Position numbers and translations under genes: made by a program
Notes under the pieces: model-generated
The model's input: the letters and a program-made list of their open reading frames with translations, nothing else
Told to the model about the DNA's origin: nothing
Database searches by the model: none
Shown here: one piece after another, positions 54,126 through 63,305 of the stretch
How the letters are laid out: each line of letters opens with the position of its first letter
Numbering within the stretch: the stretch's first letter is position 1
IMG/VR virus record: IMGVR_UViG_3300028832_000001
Span: 164,007-228,006 of that record
Reading direction: 5' to 3' (one strand)
Length of the DNA: 64,000 bases
DNA from: a virus
Taxonomy: Duplodnaviria; Heunggongvirae; Uroviricota; Caudoviricetes

Positions 54126-54563
54126 TTAATGACCACCATATTTTTCTATAACTTCTTTCAATGCATTTTTATATCCACGTTGACCATAAGCAAATATAGT
54201 TAATACTTCTTTTGCGAAATCACGATTCATTAAAGTTTTATCAGAAATAGTATAACTAAATTGATTTTTAAATGGACATTCCCAGAAAATTTTTTCATAA
54301 CTGCCACCAATAGTACGCAATTTTATTGTACATTGACCATCTTTATCCCTATTAAAATATAAATGAATATCTCTTGGTCCTAAATGTCCAATATGATATA
54401 CAGAAACACCAGACCAATATCTTCCGCCTTCAAGACCTTTACATTTATCTGCATCCCAAATTTCATCAGGAATTGAATTATGTATTTCTTCAAAAAGACC
54501 ATAATAAAGTTCTGCTATATCTGGCACTGGATCATTACCTGGTATATTCCAATATTTTGACAT
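54126..54563 (-). CDS. hypothetical protein
   Basis: 145-aa ORF. Confidence 0.65.
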   Translation of the reverse strand: MSKYWNIPGNDPVPDIAELYYGLFEEIHNSIPDEIWDADKCKGLEGGRYWSGVSVYHIGHLGPRDIHLYFNRDKDGQCTIKLRTIGGSYEKIFWECPFKNQFSYTISDKTLMNRDFAKEVLTIFAYGQRGYKNALKEVIEKYGGH

Positions 54564-54589
54564 ATTACTTCCTCGGTTGCTTTCTCATA

Positions 54590-54829
54590 TTAAAGTTTAT
54601 TATATTCTTTCGGTCCGTCTTCCATCGGATTATATTTCATCCAATATCTTAGAATAGAATTTTTGACATCCCTAATAAGTTGACCGGTATATATAAGATT
54701 TCCAATTCTTGCATCTACACGATTTTTAGAAACAAGTTTTGGAAATTCAAGATAACGAAATGGAAAATTCTTTCGCATCTCATGGAATAAATTGACTAGC
54801 TCTTGAAATTCTTTATTTTTCTCAGTCAT
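54590..54829 (-). CDS. hypothetical protein
   Basis: 79-aa ORF with AAGG RBS. Confidence 0.6.
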   Translation of the reverse strand: MTEKNKEFQELVNLFHEMRKNFPFRYLEFPKLVSKNRVDARIGNLIYTGQLIRDVKNSILRYWMKYNPMEDGPKEYNKL

Positions 54830-54841
54830 TTCTTTGGAACC

Positions 54842-55252
54842 TTATACCGAAATCATATATCTTTTACGTTCTTCGTCTAACATTTTCATCGACTTTAGTT
54901 TTTCGTTAATTCTCTGTGCAACAATAGGTCTTGCTCTCATCTCGCTACTTACTAGCCAGTCATTATATAATTCAACCGGCAAATCTTTAAATGAATCGCC
55001 AAAATATGTAACATTAAAATCCCTATGCTGAAGTTCGTTATAAATTTCTATATAACGTTTCTTTAGATATAGTAATTTATTATAGAAAAACTTAACGTGA
55101 CCTCTACCTAAAGTAAATTCTTTTGGAATATTGTCTAGATCTGCTTTCCCAGATTTAATAATATTCGGAATTCTCTTAATTTCTCTATGTTCAGCCAATA
55201 AGTGTTTATTGCACAATTCTAATGGCAATATTCCTGCATTAATTCGTGTCAT
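54842..55252 (-). CDS. denV: pyrimidine dimer DNA glycosylase / endonuclease V
   Basis: MTRIN...L..KHLLAEHREIKRI, FTLGRGHVKFFYNKL. Confidence 0.9.
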   Translation of the reverse strand: MTRINAGILPLELCNKHLLAEHREIKRIPNIIKSGKADLDNIPKEFTLGRGHVKFFYNKLLYLKKRYIEIYNELQHRDFNVTYFGDSFKDLPVELYNDWLVSSEMRARPIVAQRINEKLKSMKMLDEERKRYMISV

Positions 55253-55260
55253 AATATTAA

Positions 55261-55289
55261 AATATAATAAAAATAAGGGTTTTTGAAAA
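55261..55289 (-). promoter_or_regulatory. promoter TTTTCA-N17-TATATT inside terminator hairpin
   Basis: ATAAGGGTTTT...AAAACCCTTAT stem; weaker -35. Confidence 0.6.
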
Positions 55290-55323
55290 CCCTTATCTTA
55301 ATATTAAATACTTTCAGTTACCT

Positions 55324-56418
55324 TTATAGAGATTCGATTAACTTAAAAGCTGCTTCTATCGTATCGTCCATATCGAAATATTTGTAATTACCTAATCTTC
55401 CAACAAATCTGGTCTTTTCATTAGGAATAGCCTTATACTTTTCATATAGAGCATTGTTCTTCTCATTATTGACCGGATAATAAGGAACATCTCCCTTCTT
55501 CCATTCGGAACTGTATTCCCTGCTGATAATCGTCTTGTCGGATCCCATATTGTTGAACCACTTGTGCTCGATGATTCTCGTATACGGTTCCTCGTTAGAA
55601 GTATAGTTGACTACAGCATTTCCCTGATAATTTTCCTTATCCAACGTCTCAGTCTCGAACCTCACGGAACGGTATTCCAGCGGTCCGTAGCAATAGTCGT
55701 AATACTCATCGATACAGCCGGAATAGAAAACATGATCAGTCATTGATTCCCATTTTTCCTTATCCTTCAGGAAATCAGTATTCAAAAGAATATCTGCACC
55801 CTCGAACATCCTCTCTATAATCTTCGTGTAACCTTCTACTGGAATTCCCTGATAAGTATCATTGAAATAATTATTATCGTATGTAAACCTTAAAGGAAGT
55901 CTCTTGATGATTTCTGGAGGTAATTCTGTACATTTCCTTCCCCATTGTTTTTGTGTGTACCCTTTAATGAGTTTTTCATACATCTTCTTACCGACCAAGT
56001 TGATAGCCTGTTCTTCTAAGTTCTTAGGATTATCTGTATAACAATCTCTTGTTTCCTTAATAATCTTATTCTTAGCTTGTTCTGGAGTAATAACACCATA
56101 AAGACGATTAAATGTATTCATATTAAAAGGAAGATTATAGATTTCGTCTTTGTAGTTAGCAATAGGTGAATTTATAAAAGAATTAAACTCACCAAAAGAT
56201 GTTATAAAATCCCAAATTTTTTTATTAGAACAATGAAAAATGTGGCTTCCAAAAACGTGGACATCAATGTTTTCTCTTCTTTCTGTATAGCAATTACCTG
56301 CAATATGAGGTCTTTTTTCAATAACTAATACTGATTTACCTTGTTTAATAAAATGATGAGCAAGGACTGCATTGAATAGTCCTGCACCTATTAATAATAT
56401 GTTATAATGATGTTTCAT
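55324..56418 (-). CDS. glf: UDP-galactopyranose mutase
   Basis: IGAGLFNA, EKRPHIAGNCY, HVFGSHIFH, YQGIP, YTRIIEHK, PYYP, GRLGNYKYFDMD; start 56418 or 56487. Confidence 0.95.
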   Translation of the reverse strand: MKHHYNILLIGAGLFNAVLAHHFIKQGKSVLVIEKRPHIAGNCYTERRENIDVHVFGSHIFHCSNKKIWDFITSFGEFNSFINSPIANYKDEIYNLPFNMNTFNRLYGVITPEQAKNKIIKETRDCYTDNPKNLEEQAINLVGKKMYEKLIKGYTQKQWGRKCTELPPEIIKRLPLRFTYDNNYFNDTYQGIPVEGYTKIIERMFEGADILLNTDFLKDKEKWESMTDHVFYSGCIDEYYDYCYGPLEYRSVRFETETLDKENYQGNAVVNYTSNEEPYTRIIEHKWFNNMGSDKTIISREYSSEWKKGDVPYYPVNNEKNNALYEKYKAIPNEKTRFVGRLGNYKYFDMDDTIEAAFKLIESL

Positions 56419-56470
56419 AAGGGTAAATATAATAAATTTATTGTTATTTACAGTGTTATTAAATTTATGT

Positions 56471-57490
56471 TTATTTGAAACTTTCAATAGTCCATTTAAA
56501 CAAATTATTTATATTCACAACAGGTTTCCAACCAAGTTCTTTTATTTTATCAACATTCATTATGGCAAGTTTATATGGCAAATACTGTAACTTAGCTGCT
56601 TCATTAGAAAATACTACTTTTGTTTTTGTATTAGGAACTAATGATACAATCAAATTACATAAATCACGAATACTAATTAAATTATCTATATTTGCAACAT
56701 TATACATTTCATCATTTCCTTTATCCATAATAAGAAATGCTGCATTTATTACATCAGACACATAAGTATAAGTTCTCATAGCATTTCCACTAGAATGTAA
56801 TACTATATCATCATCATTTAAAGCACAATCTATAAATTCAGCAAAGCCTCGTCCATCTTTTAAAGAAATTCCTGGACCTATTGTATGACATAAACGAACC
56901 CCACAATATGAAATTCCATATTGTTGTTTATATGTAGTTAGCATTGTTTCGCATAATCTTTTTGCTTCAGGATAACATGCACGAGAATTTAAATGCTGCA
57001 TTATACCCATATCAGTTTCTTTAATCAAATCATCTTGTTTCCAATCACCATAGATTTCTACTGTAGAAACATAAAATACTCGTTTTGTACTGTGTGTTCT
57101 AGCACATTCTAAAACATTGTGTGTTCCATTTATGTGTGACCACATTGTATCAACTGGTGTATCATAATCTTTAGGTGCAGCTGGACCTGCAGTATGGAAA
57201 ATAAAATCTATTTTATCATTATAGTTAATTTCTGTATTAACATCTTGAAACAAAAATTCTACATTTGGAAAATCTAATATATTACCAAATACTTCAGCAA
57301 CTTTTTCTTTATTTCTTGCTAAACCTATAACTTTCATATTTAAATTATATTTCAAATCAATATCTACTAAAGTATCTAAAATATATCTACCAAGTCTTCC
57401 AGTAGCACCTGTAATAAGAACTGTTGAATCCCTATACATTAACCAATTAACTGAACTATTTGTAATTATATTAAAATCACGTTTTTCCAT
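56471..57490 (-). CDS. NAD-dependent epimerase/dehydratase (extended SDR)
   Basis: ITGATGRLG, YVSTVEIYG, YPEAK (YxxxK), RTYTY. Confidence 0.85.
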   Translation of the reverse strand: MEKRDFNIITNSSVNWLMYRDSTVLITGATGRLGRYILDTLVDIDLKYNLNMKVIGLARNKEKVAEVFGNILDFPNVEFLFQDVNTEINYNDKIDFIFHTAGPAAPKDYDTPVDTMWSHINGTHNVLECARTHSTKRVFYVSTVEIYGDWKQDDLIKETDMGIMQHLNSRACYPEAKRLCETMLTTYKQQYGISYCGVRLCHTIGPGISLKDGRGFAEFIDCALNDDDIVLHSSGNAMRTYTYVSDVINAAFLIMDKGNDEMYNVANIDNLISIRDLCNLIVSLVPNTKTKVVFSNEAAKLQYLPYKLAIMNVDKIKELGWKPVVNINNLFKWTIESFK

Positions 57491-57496
57491 ATAAAC

Positions 57497-58072
57497 CTAT
57501 TTATTTTTAATAAATTCTATATAAATCTTTTCTGCTAAACCACGATTATATAATGGTTTGTCATTATCACGAATTATTTGTTTTAAATTTGTTAGTTCTG
57601 AATATATTTTATCAACACCAACAATAATGCTATTTTTATTTAAATCATTTAACAGTTTTAATTGCTGATATGTTAAATTGGTTTCCGGAACATTATACCA
57701 ATTAGCAAGAATAAAAATTGGTTCTTCTTTTATATTTAACATTCGTTCTAATCTTTCTTCATATTTCTGTATAATATATTCCCATATTTTATTATAAAAT
57801 ACATCAAAATCTTTTTTAATAATTTTAGTTGCTTTTGGGTCAAATTTATAATGAATATATTTTATTATTATTTTATCATCAATTTTAAGACTAAAATTCC
57901 AATTATTATCTTTTAATAATTCAAAATTCTTAAAATTTATATTTTCAAAATTTTGTATCATATAATACATTGAATTAAAATCTATCAAACCCCACATAAA
58001 AGGATTATCGAATTTTTTTTTCATACAAAGTTTATATAAATACGCACCTACACAACTATTAACAATATACAT
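57497..58072 (-). CDS. polysaccharide-locus protein (DUF1919/DUF1796-like)
   Basis: IVNSCVG..LY.....FDNPF.W motif. Confidence 0.45.
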   Translation of the reverse strand: MYIVNSCVGAYLYKLCMKKKFDNPFMWGLIDFNSMYYMIQNFENINFKNFELLKDNNWNFSLKIDDKIIIKYIHYKFDPKATKIIKKDFDVFYNKIWEYIIQKYEERLERMLNIKEEPIFILANWYNVPETNLTYQQLKLLNDLNKNSIIVGVDKIYSELTNLKQIIRDNDKPLYNRGLAEKIYIEFIKNK

Positions 58073-58078
58073 ATTGCC

Positions 58079-58810
58079 TCAATTCAATCCAAATACATTT
58101 TTATTTTCATCTAATTCTAATAATGATTTTAATGTATAATAATCATCTGGTGTAGTAATTTTTATATTTTTATTGTTATCTTTAATTAAATGTATTTTAT
58201 TTCCCAAATAAGTATAAATTAAAGCTGAATCTAATAAAGGAATTGGAGAATTTAAAGTATTGTATTTGTCATAAATTTTATTTAACAATGATAGTTTAAA
58301 TGTTTGAGGTGATGTTAAACTATATGTGTCATCTCTTTTTTTAAAATCTTCAAAATTAGCTTCTTCATTTTGTGTTATAACTACAGTTTCAATTACAGGA
58401 TGAACTGTTATAGCACAATCATATTTTAATGCTGTTTCTACATTTTCACTAATAACATTTTCTGTAATAAGTGGTCTAACCCCATCGTGAATTACGATTA
58501 TATCATTGTCATTAGCACCATTAGATTTTAAATAAGATAAACCATTTAAAATACTTTCTTGTCTATCTTTTCCACCATTAATAATTACTTTAATCTTTTT
58601 TAGTTCATATTGTTTAATTAGTTTTTCCAAATGTTCTTTCCAAGAACTATGACAAGATATAATTATTTTATCTATATCTATACAATTTTCAAATTTTTCC
58701 AATGTATAAATTATAATAGGTTTACCAAAAACTTTTAAAAATTGTTTTGGCATACCTGTATTTCTCATACGCTGACCAACACCACCAGCTAAAATTAAAC
58801 CATAATTCAT
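58079..58810 (-). CDS. IspD/TarI-like polyol-phosphate cytidylyltransferase
   Basis: ILAGGVGQRM, PKQFL, RQESI, IHDGVRP, NIKITTPDD. Confidence 0.9.
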   Translation of the reverse strand: MNYGLILAGGVGQRMRNTGMPKQFLKVFGKPIIIYTLEKFENCIDIDKIIISCHSSWKEHLEKLIKQYELKKIKVIINGGKDRQESILNGLSYLKSNGANDNDIIVIHDGVRPLITENVISENVETALKYDCAITVHPVIETVVITQNEEANFEDFKKRDDTYSLTSPQTFKLSLLNKIYDKYNTLNSPIPLLDSALIYTYLGNKIHLIKDNNKNIKITTPDDYYTLKSLLELDENKNVFGLN

Positions 58811-58812
58811 AA

Positions 58813-59790
58813 TTATACCTCAAACTCACATTTATTTGGAAATTTAGCATCAAATAACATTGTTAATCTATCTTTAATCAAATTAAAATTATCAGTTTTT
58901 ATTAAACAATCATTTAAACACACAACTTTATAATTCATCATTGATTCCATAATTTTCTTATAATTATCATTATGTGGTTCAAGATAAATCTTAATATCAG
59001 TTTCTTTTTTATTTATGAAATTATTATTATTCAATCGTATATAACGATAAATCCAATCTTCCGAAACATTAGTAGATGTTCTAATTTTATCTTGTGGTTT
59101 ATTTGCTTTAATTAAATCTTCGTATATATTTGTACAAATTGTTTTTACTTCTGTTTTATTACAAGAAATACCGGTATGTAAATTTCTATATAAATTAAAT
59201 TTACCAGTATACTTTTGAGAAATCTTTAAACAATTCAATACTATATTTTGAAAGAAATCTAATTTTTGCCTTCCATTATTCCAAGTTATATTATGTTTAT
59301 TTAACCATTCTTCGTGAACAGGATTTGAATTTATTTGTTTAGATAATTCAGAAGAATCTACTGGTATATTATCAACAAAGAAATCGTCTGAATCAGTCTT
59401 ATTTACAATAAATACATCGTCATTTAACCAAATGAAATTTTCAGCTAAATCATTTAGCTTCCACACATTTCTAAAATAGTGCATACTATTATAAGTTGGC
59501 AAGTATTCTGGTTCAATAAATTCATTATGGTAATGAATTTGTAATTTAGGACAATTCGTATTTAACCAACTTGGTATTTGCGTTTTTGAATATAGTAATA
59601 AATGTACTTTTCTAACCCATTGAGCATTTTCTGAAATACATCTAAAGAAATATGGTAATAAACCAAAATCTCTTATTCTACTTGGATCTTTATCACCATT
59701 GTATTTCTTACAAATTTCTTTATAATCATTAAACCAAACATCATCATTTGGATTTACCCACGGAATTACTATATCAATTTCACCATTCAT
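58813..59790 (-). CDS. Stealth family hexose-1-phosphate transferase
   Basis: CR1 IDIVIPWVNPND, CR2 LPTYNS / FIWLNDD, CR4 VCLND. Confidence 0.85.
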   Translation of the reverse strand: MNGEIDIVIPWVNPNDDVWFNDYKEICKKYNGDKDPSRIRDFGLLPYFFRCISENAQWVRKVHLLLYSKTQIPSWLNTNCPKLQIHYHNEFIEPEYLPTYNSMHYFRNVWKLNDLAENFIWLNDDVFIVNKTDSDDFFVDNIPVDSSELSKQINSNPVHEEWLNKHNITWNNGRQKLDFFQNIVLNCLKISQKYTGKFNLYRNLHTGISCNKTEVKTICTNIYEDLIKANKPQDKIRTSTNVSEDWIYRYIRLNNNNFINKKETDIKIYLEPHNDNYKKIMESMMNYKVVCLNDCLIKTDNFNLIKDRLTMLFDAKFPNKCEFEV

Positions 59791-60410
59791 ATTTGACGAA
59801 CCCTATTATAATAAATTTTATATCCATTATATTCTAGCCAAGCACCAAAAAATGATTCGGCTAAATAACCAATTATTCTAGGTATATTATAAAATTCTCT
59901 TGCTTCAAATTTTGTTAAAATACTAAATAATTCGTCACAGTATTTGTTTATTATTTCTTTTTTACATATAAACATATTACACTGTGCTTCATATTTCTTC
60001 ATTAAATATACTCTTGTATATTTTTGTAATTCTTCATCATCTATATTAGATATGAATTTATAAAGAATTTTAAGCCAGCCATGTCCTCGATAAATACCAG
60101 TCCCATTATATTTGGTTTTGAAAAAATACTTCTTACAAATAACATCATTATCTTTAAGGATGTTTAGAACTTCTTGTTCGGATAAAATTTTATTTTTGCC
60201 ATTAACAAAGTATCTTCTATAATGTTCAAGCCCGACTATATCATCATTACAGTTTTTCCATAAATGATATAATCCAGTTAATTCGCAATACCAGGGATTC
60301 AAAAAATCTATGTTATCTTCATTATGCTTAACATTTATTAAAAACTTTGTTCTAATGTTATTAAGGGGTAAAAATCTATTTTTTGTACTTCCAATTACAT
60401 AAATTTTCAT
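59787..60410 (-). CDS. DUF4422 (GT111-like, galactofuranosyl) glycosyltransferase
   Basis: NPWYCELTGLY.LWKN...VGLEHYRRYF, CNMFI, GYLAE. Confidence 0.8.
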   Translation of the reverse strand: MKIYVIGSTKNRFLPLNNIRTKFLINVKHNEDNIDFLNPWYCELTGLYHLWKNCNDDIVGLEHYRRYFVNGKNKILSEQEVLNILKDNDVICKKYFFKTKYNGTGIYRGHGWLKILYKFISNIDDEELQKYTRVYLMKKYEAQCNMFICKKEIINKYCDELFSILTKFEAREFYNIPRIIGYLAESFFGAWLEYNGYKIYYNRVRQI

Positions 60411-61114
60411 TATCTACCCATTCTCTTTGTCGGTCCAAACATATACTGACAAGGACTTACTAAATCATGTTGGAATTTCTTAATATCGCAATTAACGATT
60501 TTATATTGTTTGTATTCTAACCAAGCGCCAAACATAAATTCACTAAAATAACCTTCTCTACGTAGTGTATTTGTACCTGGTCCAATAGGGCAAATTTTTT
60601 CAAAATCAGTTATTACATTAAAGAAAAATTCCATCCATTCATTAAAAATCTTTTTAGTTCCAATAAACAAATTACATGCATATAATTTTTGCCCACATAA
60701 AAACTTTTTAAAATAATCAGCAAAATTTTTATCTTTATTTTCAACAACTTTAAGAAAATGTGGTAATGTTCCTTTTACACATTTATTTAATTCATCTTTA
60801 AGAAAACGAGAACCCCAAGGTGTAGGGTAAGCATAGCCACCAGCAATTATATCACCAGTAGAGAGTTTCTCTTTAATTTCATCTTCTGTAATTTTATGCC
60901 CATCTTTCCAGAAATATGCTCGATAATGTTCCAATCCAACAATTTCATCGTCAACATGTTTCCACAAATAATAAAGACCAGTCAATTCGCAATACCAGGG
61001 ATTCAAAAAATCTATATTGTCTCCTTCATGTGGCTGATCTATAAGGAATTTTTCACGGATATTATCCAAGGGTAAAAACTTATTCTTACTACTTCCAACT
61101 ACATATATCTTCAT
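60410..61114 (-). CDS. DUF4422 (GT111-like) glycosyltransferase
   Basis: NPWYCELTGLYYLWK...VGLEHYRAYF, CNLFI, GYFSE. Confidence 0.8.
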   Translation of the reverse strand: MKIYVVGSSKNKFLPLDNIREKFLIDQPHEGDNIDFLNPWYCELTGLYYLWKHVDDEIVGLEHYRAYFWKDGHKITEDEIKEKLSTGDIIAGGYAYPTPWGSRFLKDELNKCVKGTLPHFLKVVENKDKNFADYFKKFLCGQKLYACNLFIGTKKIFNEWMEFFFNVITDFEKICPIGPGTNTLRREGYFSEFMFGAWLEYKQYKIVNCDIKKFQHDLVSPCQYMFGPTKRMGR

Positions 61115-61144
61115 ATTTTCACTTAATAATTAAACGTTTTATTT

Positions 61145-61152
61145 TATTTATA
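61145..61152 (-). promoter_or_regulatory. T4-like late promoter TATAAATA
   Basis: Exact motif in gap before 61114 gene. Confidence 0.65.
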
Positions 61153-61153
61153 A

Positions 61154-61846
61154 TTACATAAATTCATTCTTTTCATTAAATATTTCTTTAAAGAAATTCT
61201 TTATAATATTTGATTCTGAAATTTTTTTATATTCAATACCTAATGTTTTCTTTTGTCCATAATATCCACCTTTAACTACTAAACTTTCCCATTCAGGATG
61301 TTTAATAACTGGTGTTCCAGCTAATAATAAACGTAAACCGTAAAATAAATCATCATGTTGAATAAAGCTTTTATCAAACCAATCTTCATGAATCCAAGCC
61401 ATACAATTTGGTGGAAATACTCTGATTCTCCAAGGAACTTTAATTGCTCCTACTTTACCTACTCTTCCAGCATGACATGCATAAGGTTTTTTAATATATT
61501 CTTTATAACAAACATCAACTAATGTATCAGAATAAATAGTATCATCACCAATAGATATAATTGGTAATTTATAATACTTTCTATTTACCGGATTATATTT
61601 CTTTAAAGCTTTTGTATTTCTTTTTGTATATAAAATTTCAAAATTTTCTAATTTTTCATCCATTAAACGTATATCTTCAGGAACTTCATTTTTATTTTTA
61701 AATTCTTCTGTTGATAATACAAGAACTACTTTAAATGGAATCTTTGTTTTTTGATTAATTATAGAATGTAAACATATAGGAAATTTTGGATTATAAATTC
61801 TACCTTTATATGTTGTTAATGCTACAATTATTTTATAATCTTTCAT
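61154..61846 (-). CDS. putative glycosyltransferase (GT-A-like)
   Basis: IVALTTYKGRI, KKY.P, IISIGDD..Y, HDDLF. Confidence 0.65.
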   Translation of the reverse strand: MKDYKIIVALTTYKGRIYNPKFPICLHSIINQKTKIPFKVVLVLSTEEFKNKNEVPEDIRLMDEKLENFEILYTKRNTKALKKYNPVNRKYYKLPIISIGDDTIYSDTLVDVCYKEYIKKPYACHAGRVGKVGAIKVPWRIRVFPPNCMAWIHEDWFDKSFIQHDDLFYGLRLLLAGTPVIKHPEWESLVVKGGYYGQKKTLGIEYKKISESNIIKNFFKEIFNEKNEFM

Positions 61847-61853
61847 ACTAAAC

Positions 61854-61861
61854 TATTTATA
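61854..61861 (-). promoter_or_regulatory. T4-like late promoter TATAAATA
   Basis: Exact motif after a hairpin, 7 nt before ATG. Confidence 0.7.
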
Positions 61862-61907
61862 AAAAATGATTATGTTTTAAACATAACCATAAATTTTTAT
61901 TGCTCGA

Positions 61908-62117
61908 TTACCTTTCCCAATCCAGAGTATTGTCATTACAGTCTATATTAAGGTCATCAGTAAAATAATTACTACCTGTTGCTATATAGAATTCTTTAGA
62001 ACAGGATAATACTTCAATATTATCACCTTCATGTGGTTGATCTATAAGGTATTTTTCACGGATATTATCCAAAGGCAAAAATTTATTTTTACTACTTCCA
62101 ACTACGTATATTTTCAT
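61908..62117 (-). pseudogene. chimeric relic: DUF4422 N-terminus fused to C-terminus of 63483..63680
   Basis: First 34 aa nearly identical to 60410..61114; remainder matches IEVLSCPKEYHIATGQNYFTDDLNIDC. Confidence 0.8.
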
Positions 62118-62118
62118 A

Positions 62119-62910
62119 TCACTTTTTCAAATCACTTAAATGTTTAACCTTTAATTGATTATATGTATCTTCAGTAACGACCACATCAATTTCTTGAACA
62201 GAATCCATACCATATTCATGCATATACTTAAAGAAAAATGCAGTAGTTAATCTTTCAGCTATAAAACCAAATAATCTAGCTTGATATTCATAAGTATTAT
62301 TTGGATAGAAAGACTTTTCTATAAACTTTTCTCTATGCAATCCTATATACTTTATCATATTTGTATAGTCATTATTAACACCGATTACATTGTCAAATTC
62401 TTCTAAGACTTCAAATATAAATTTGCAATATTCATTAAATAATGTCTTAGGAAGAATAAACATATTATATGGGAAATAAACATGACTATCTAGCATTTCG
62501 ATAAATGCTGGATAATATTCTGGTTTTTTCGTTCTAATGATATTCATTGTATTTAATAAATCATTTGAATTATGACAAATATCATATTGCATATAGTTAT
62601 TATATGCATTCATCAAATGCTTTGCAATAACAGGTTTTGTGAGTTCAGGAATATCGTTTAAGAATTCAAAATAACGTCTATAATGTGATAAACCAATCCA
62701 GTCTGTTTGTAATTCAGGATGTTTCCATACATAATAAATTTGGGTCAATTCTGACCACATTCTATTATCAAGAAATCCGTCTGATTTAACAAGTTCCAAT
62801 GATGATTCATTCTTAATATCTTTATCAGAAATTAACTTATAAACAGGATTATTTACGCCAATGTCTTTATAGTCTTTATGACAGCAAGTATATATGGTTA
62901 TATTATTCAT
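62119..62910 (-). CDS. DUF4422 (GT111-like) glycosyltransferase
   Basis: YTCCHK, WSELTQIYYVWK, IGLSHYRRYF, PYNMFI, RLFGFIAERL. Confidence 0.85.
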   Translation of the reverse strand: MNNITIYTCCHKDYKDIGVNNPVYKLISDKDIKNESSLELVKSDGFLDNRMWSELTQIYYVWKHPELQTDWIGLSHYRRYFEFLNDIPELTKPVIAKHLMNAYNNYMQYDICHNSNDLLNTMNIIRTKKPEYYPAFIEMLDSHVYFPYNMFILPKTLFNEYCKFIFEVLEEFDNVIGVNNDYTNMIKYIGLHREKFIEKSFYPNNTYEYQARLFGFIAERLTTAFFFKYMHEYGMDSVQEIDVVVTEDTYNQLKVKHLSDLKK

Positions 62911-62935
62911 GTGTTCACTGCTTTAATTAACAATA

Positions 62936-62943
62936 TATTTATA
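62936..62943 (-). promoter_or_regulatory. T4-like late promoter TATAAATA
   Basis: Exact motif after hairpin, heads the glycan locus. Confidence 0.7.
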
Positions 62944-62990
62944 AAAATAAAAATGGTTATTTTTAAATATAACCATAAATTTTTATTGCT

Positions 62991-63293
62991 CTATTTTCTC
63001 CATGTAATAAACAAATCATACCATTCCATATCTAGATCAATATTACAATTTGCTTCTGCTACTACTTTAAATCCTGCTTCATCTAATAGACGCATGATTT
63101 CGTCAACTATATCTTTTCGGTTACACAAATCTTTTAATGAATAAACTGTTGCGTCAGTATAATGCATAACTTGTCTTATCTTTTGTTCAATATCATTAAG
63201 ATAGTCAAAGACAAGTAGGTTGAATGTGTTATGGTGTCCTGGTTTTTCGTCTTCTGCTGAATATCTGCTATTTCTTGCTTCTTCTGCAGTCAT
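62991..63293 (-). CDS. hypothetical protein
   Basis: 100 aa, AAGGAG RBS. Confidence 0.7.
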   Translation of the reverse strand: MTAEEARNSRYSAEDEKPGHHNTFNLLVFDYLNDIEQKIRQVMHYTDATVYSLKDLCNRKDIVDEIMRLLDEAGFKVVAEANCNIDLDMEWYDLFITWRK

Positions 63294-63305
63294 TATTTAC
63301 TCCTT

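Noticed and set aside
883-55289. Repeated hairpin motifs as a CRISPR array
   Set aside because: Copies are kb apart, non-identical and explained as promoter/terminator parts; no repeat-spacer periodicity and no cas genes.
58079-58810. True IspD of the MEP isoprenoid pathway
   Set aside because: Context (SDR, Stealth, GTs, Glf) fits a CDP-polyol TarI/AbpA-type role; no other MEP genes are present.
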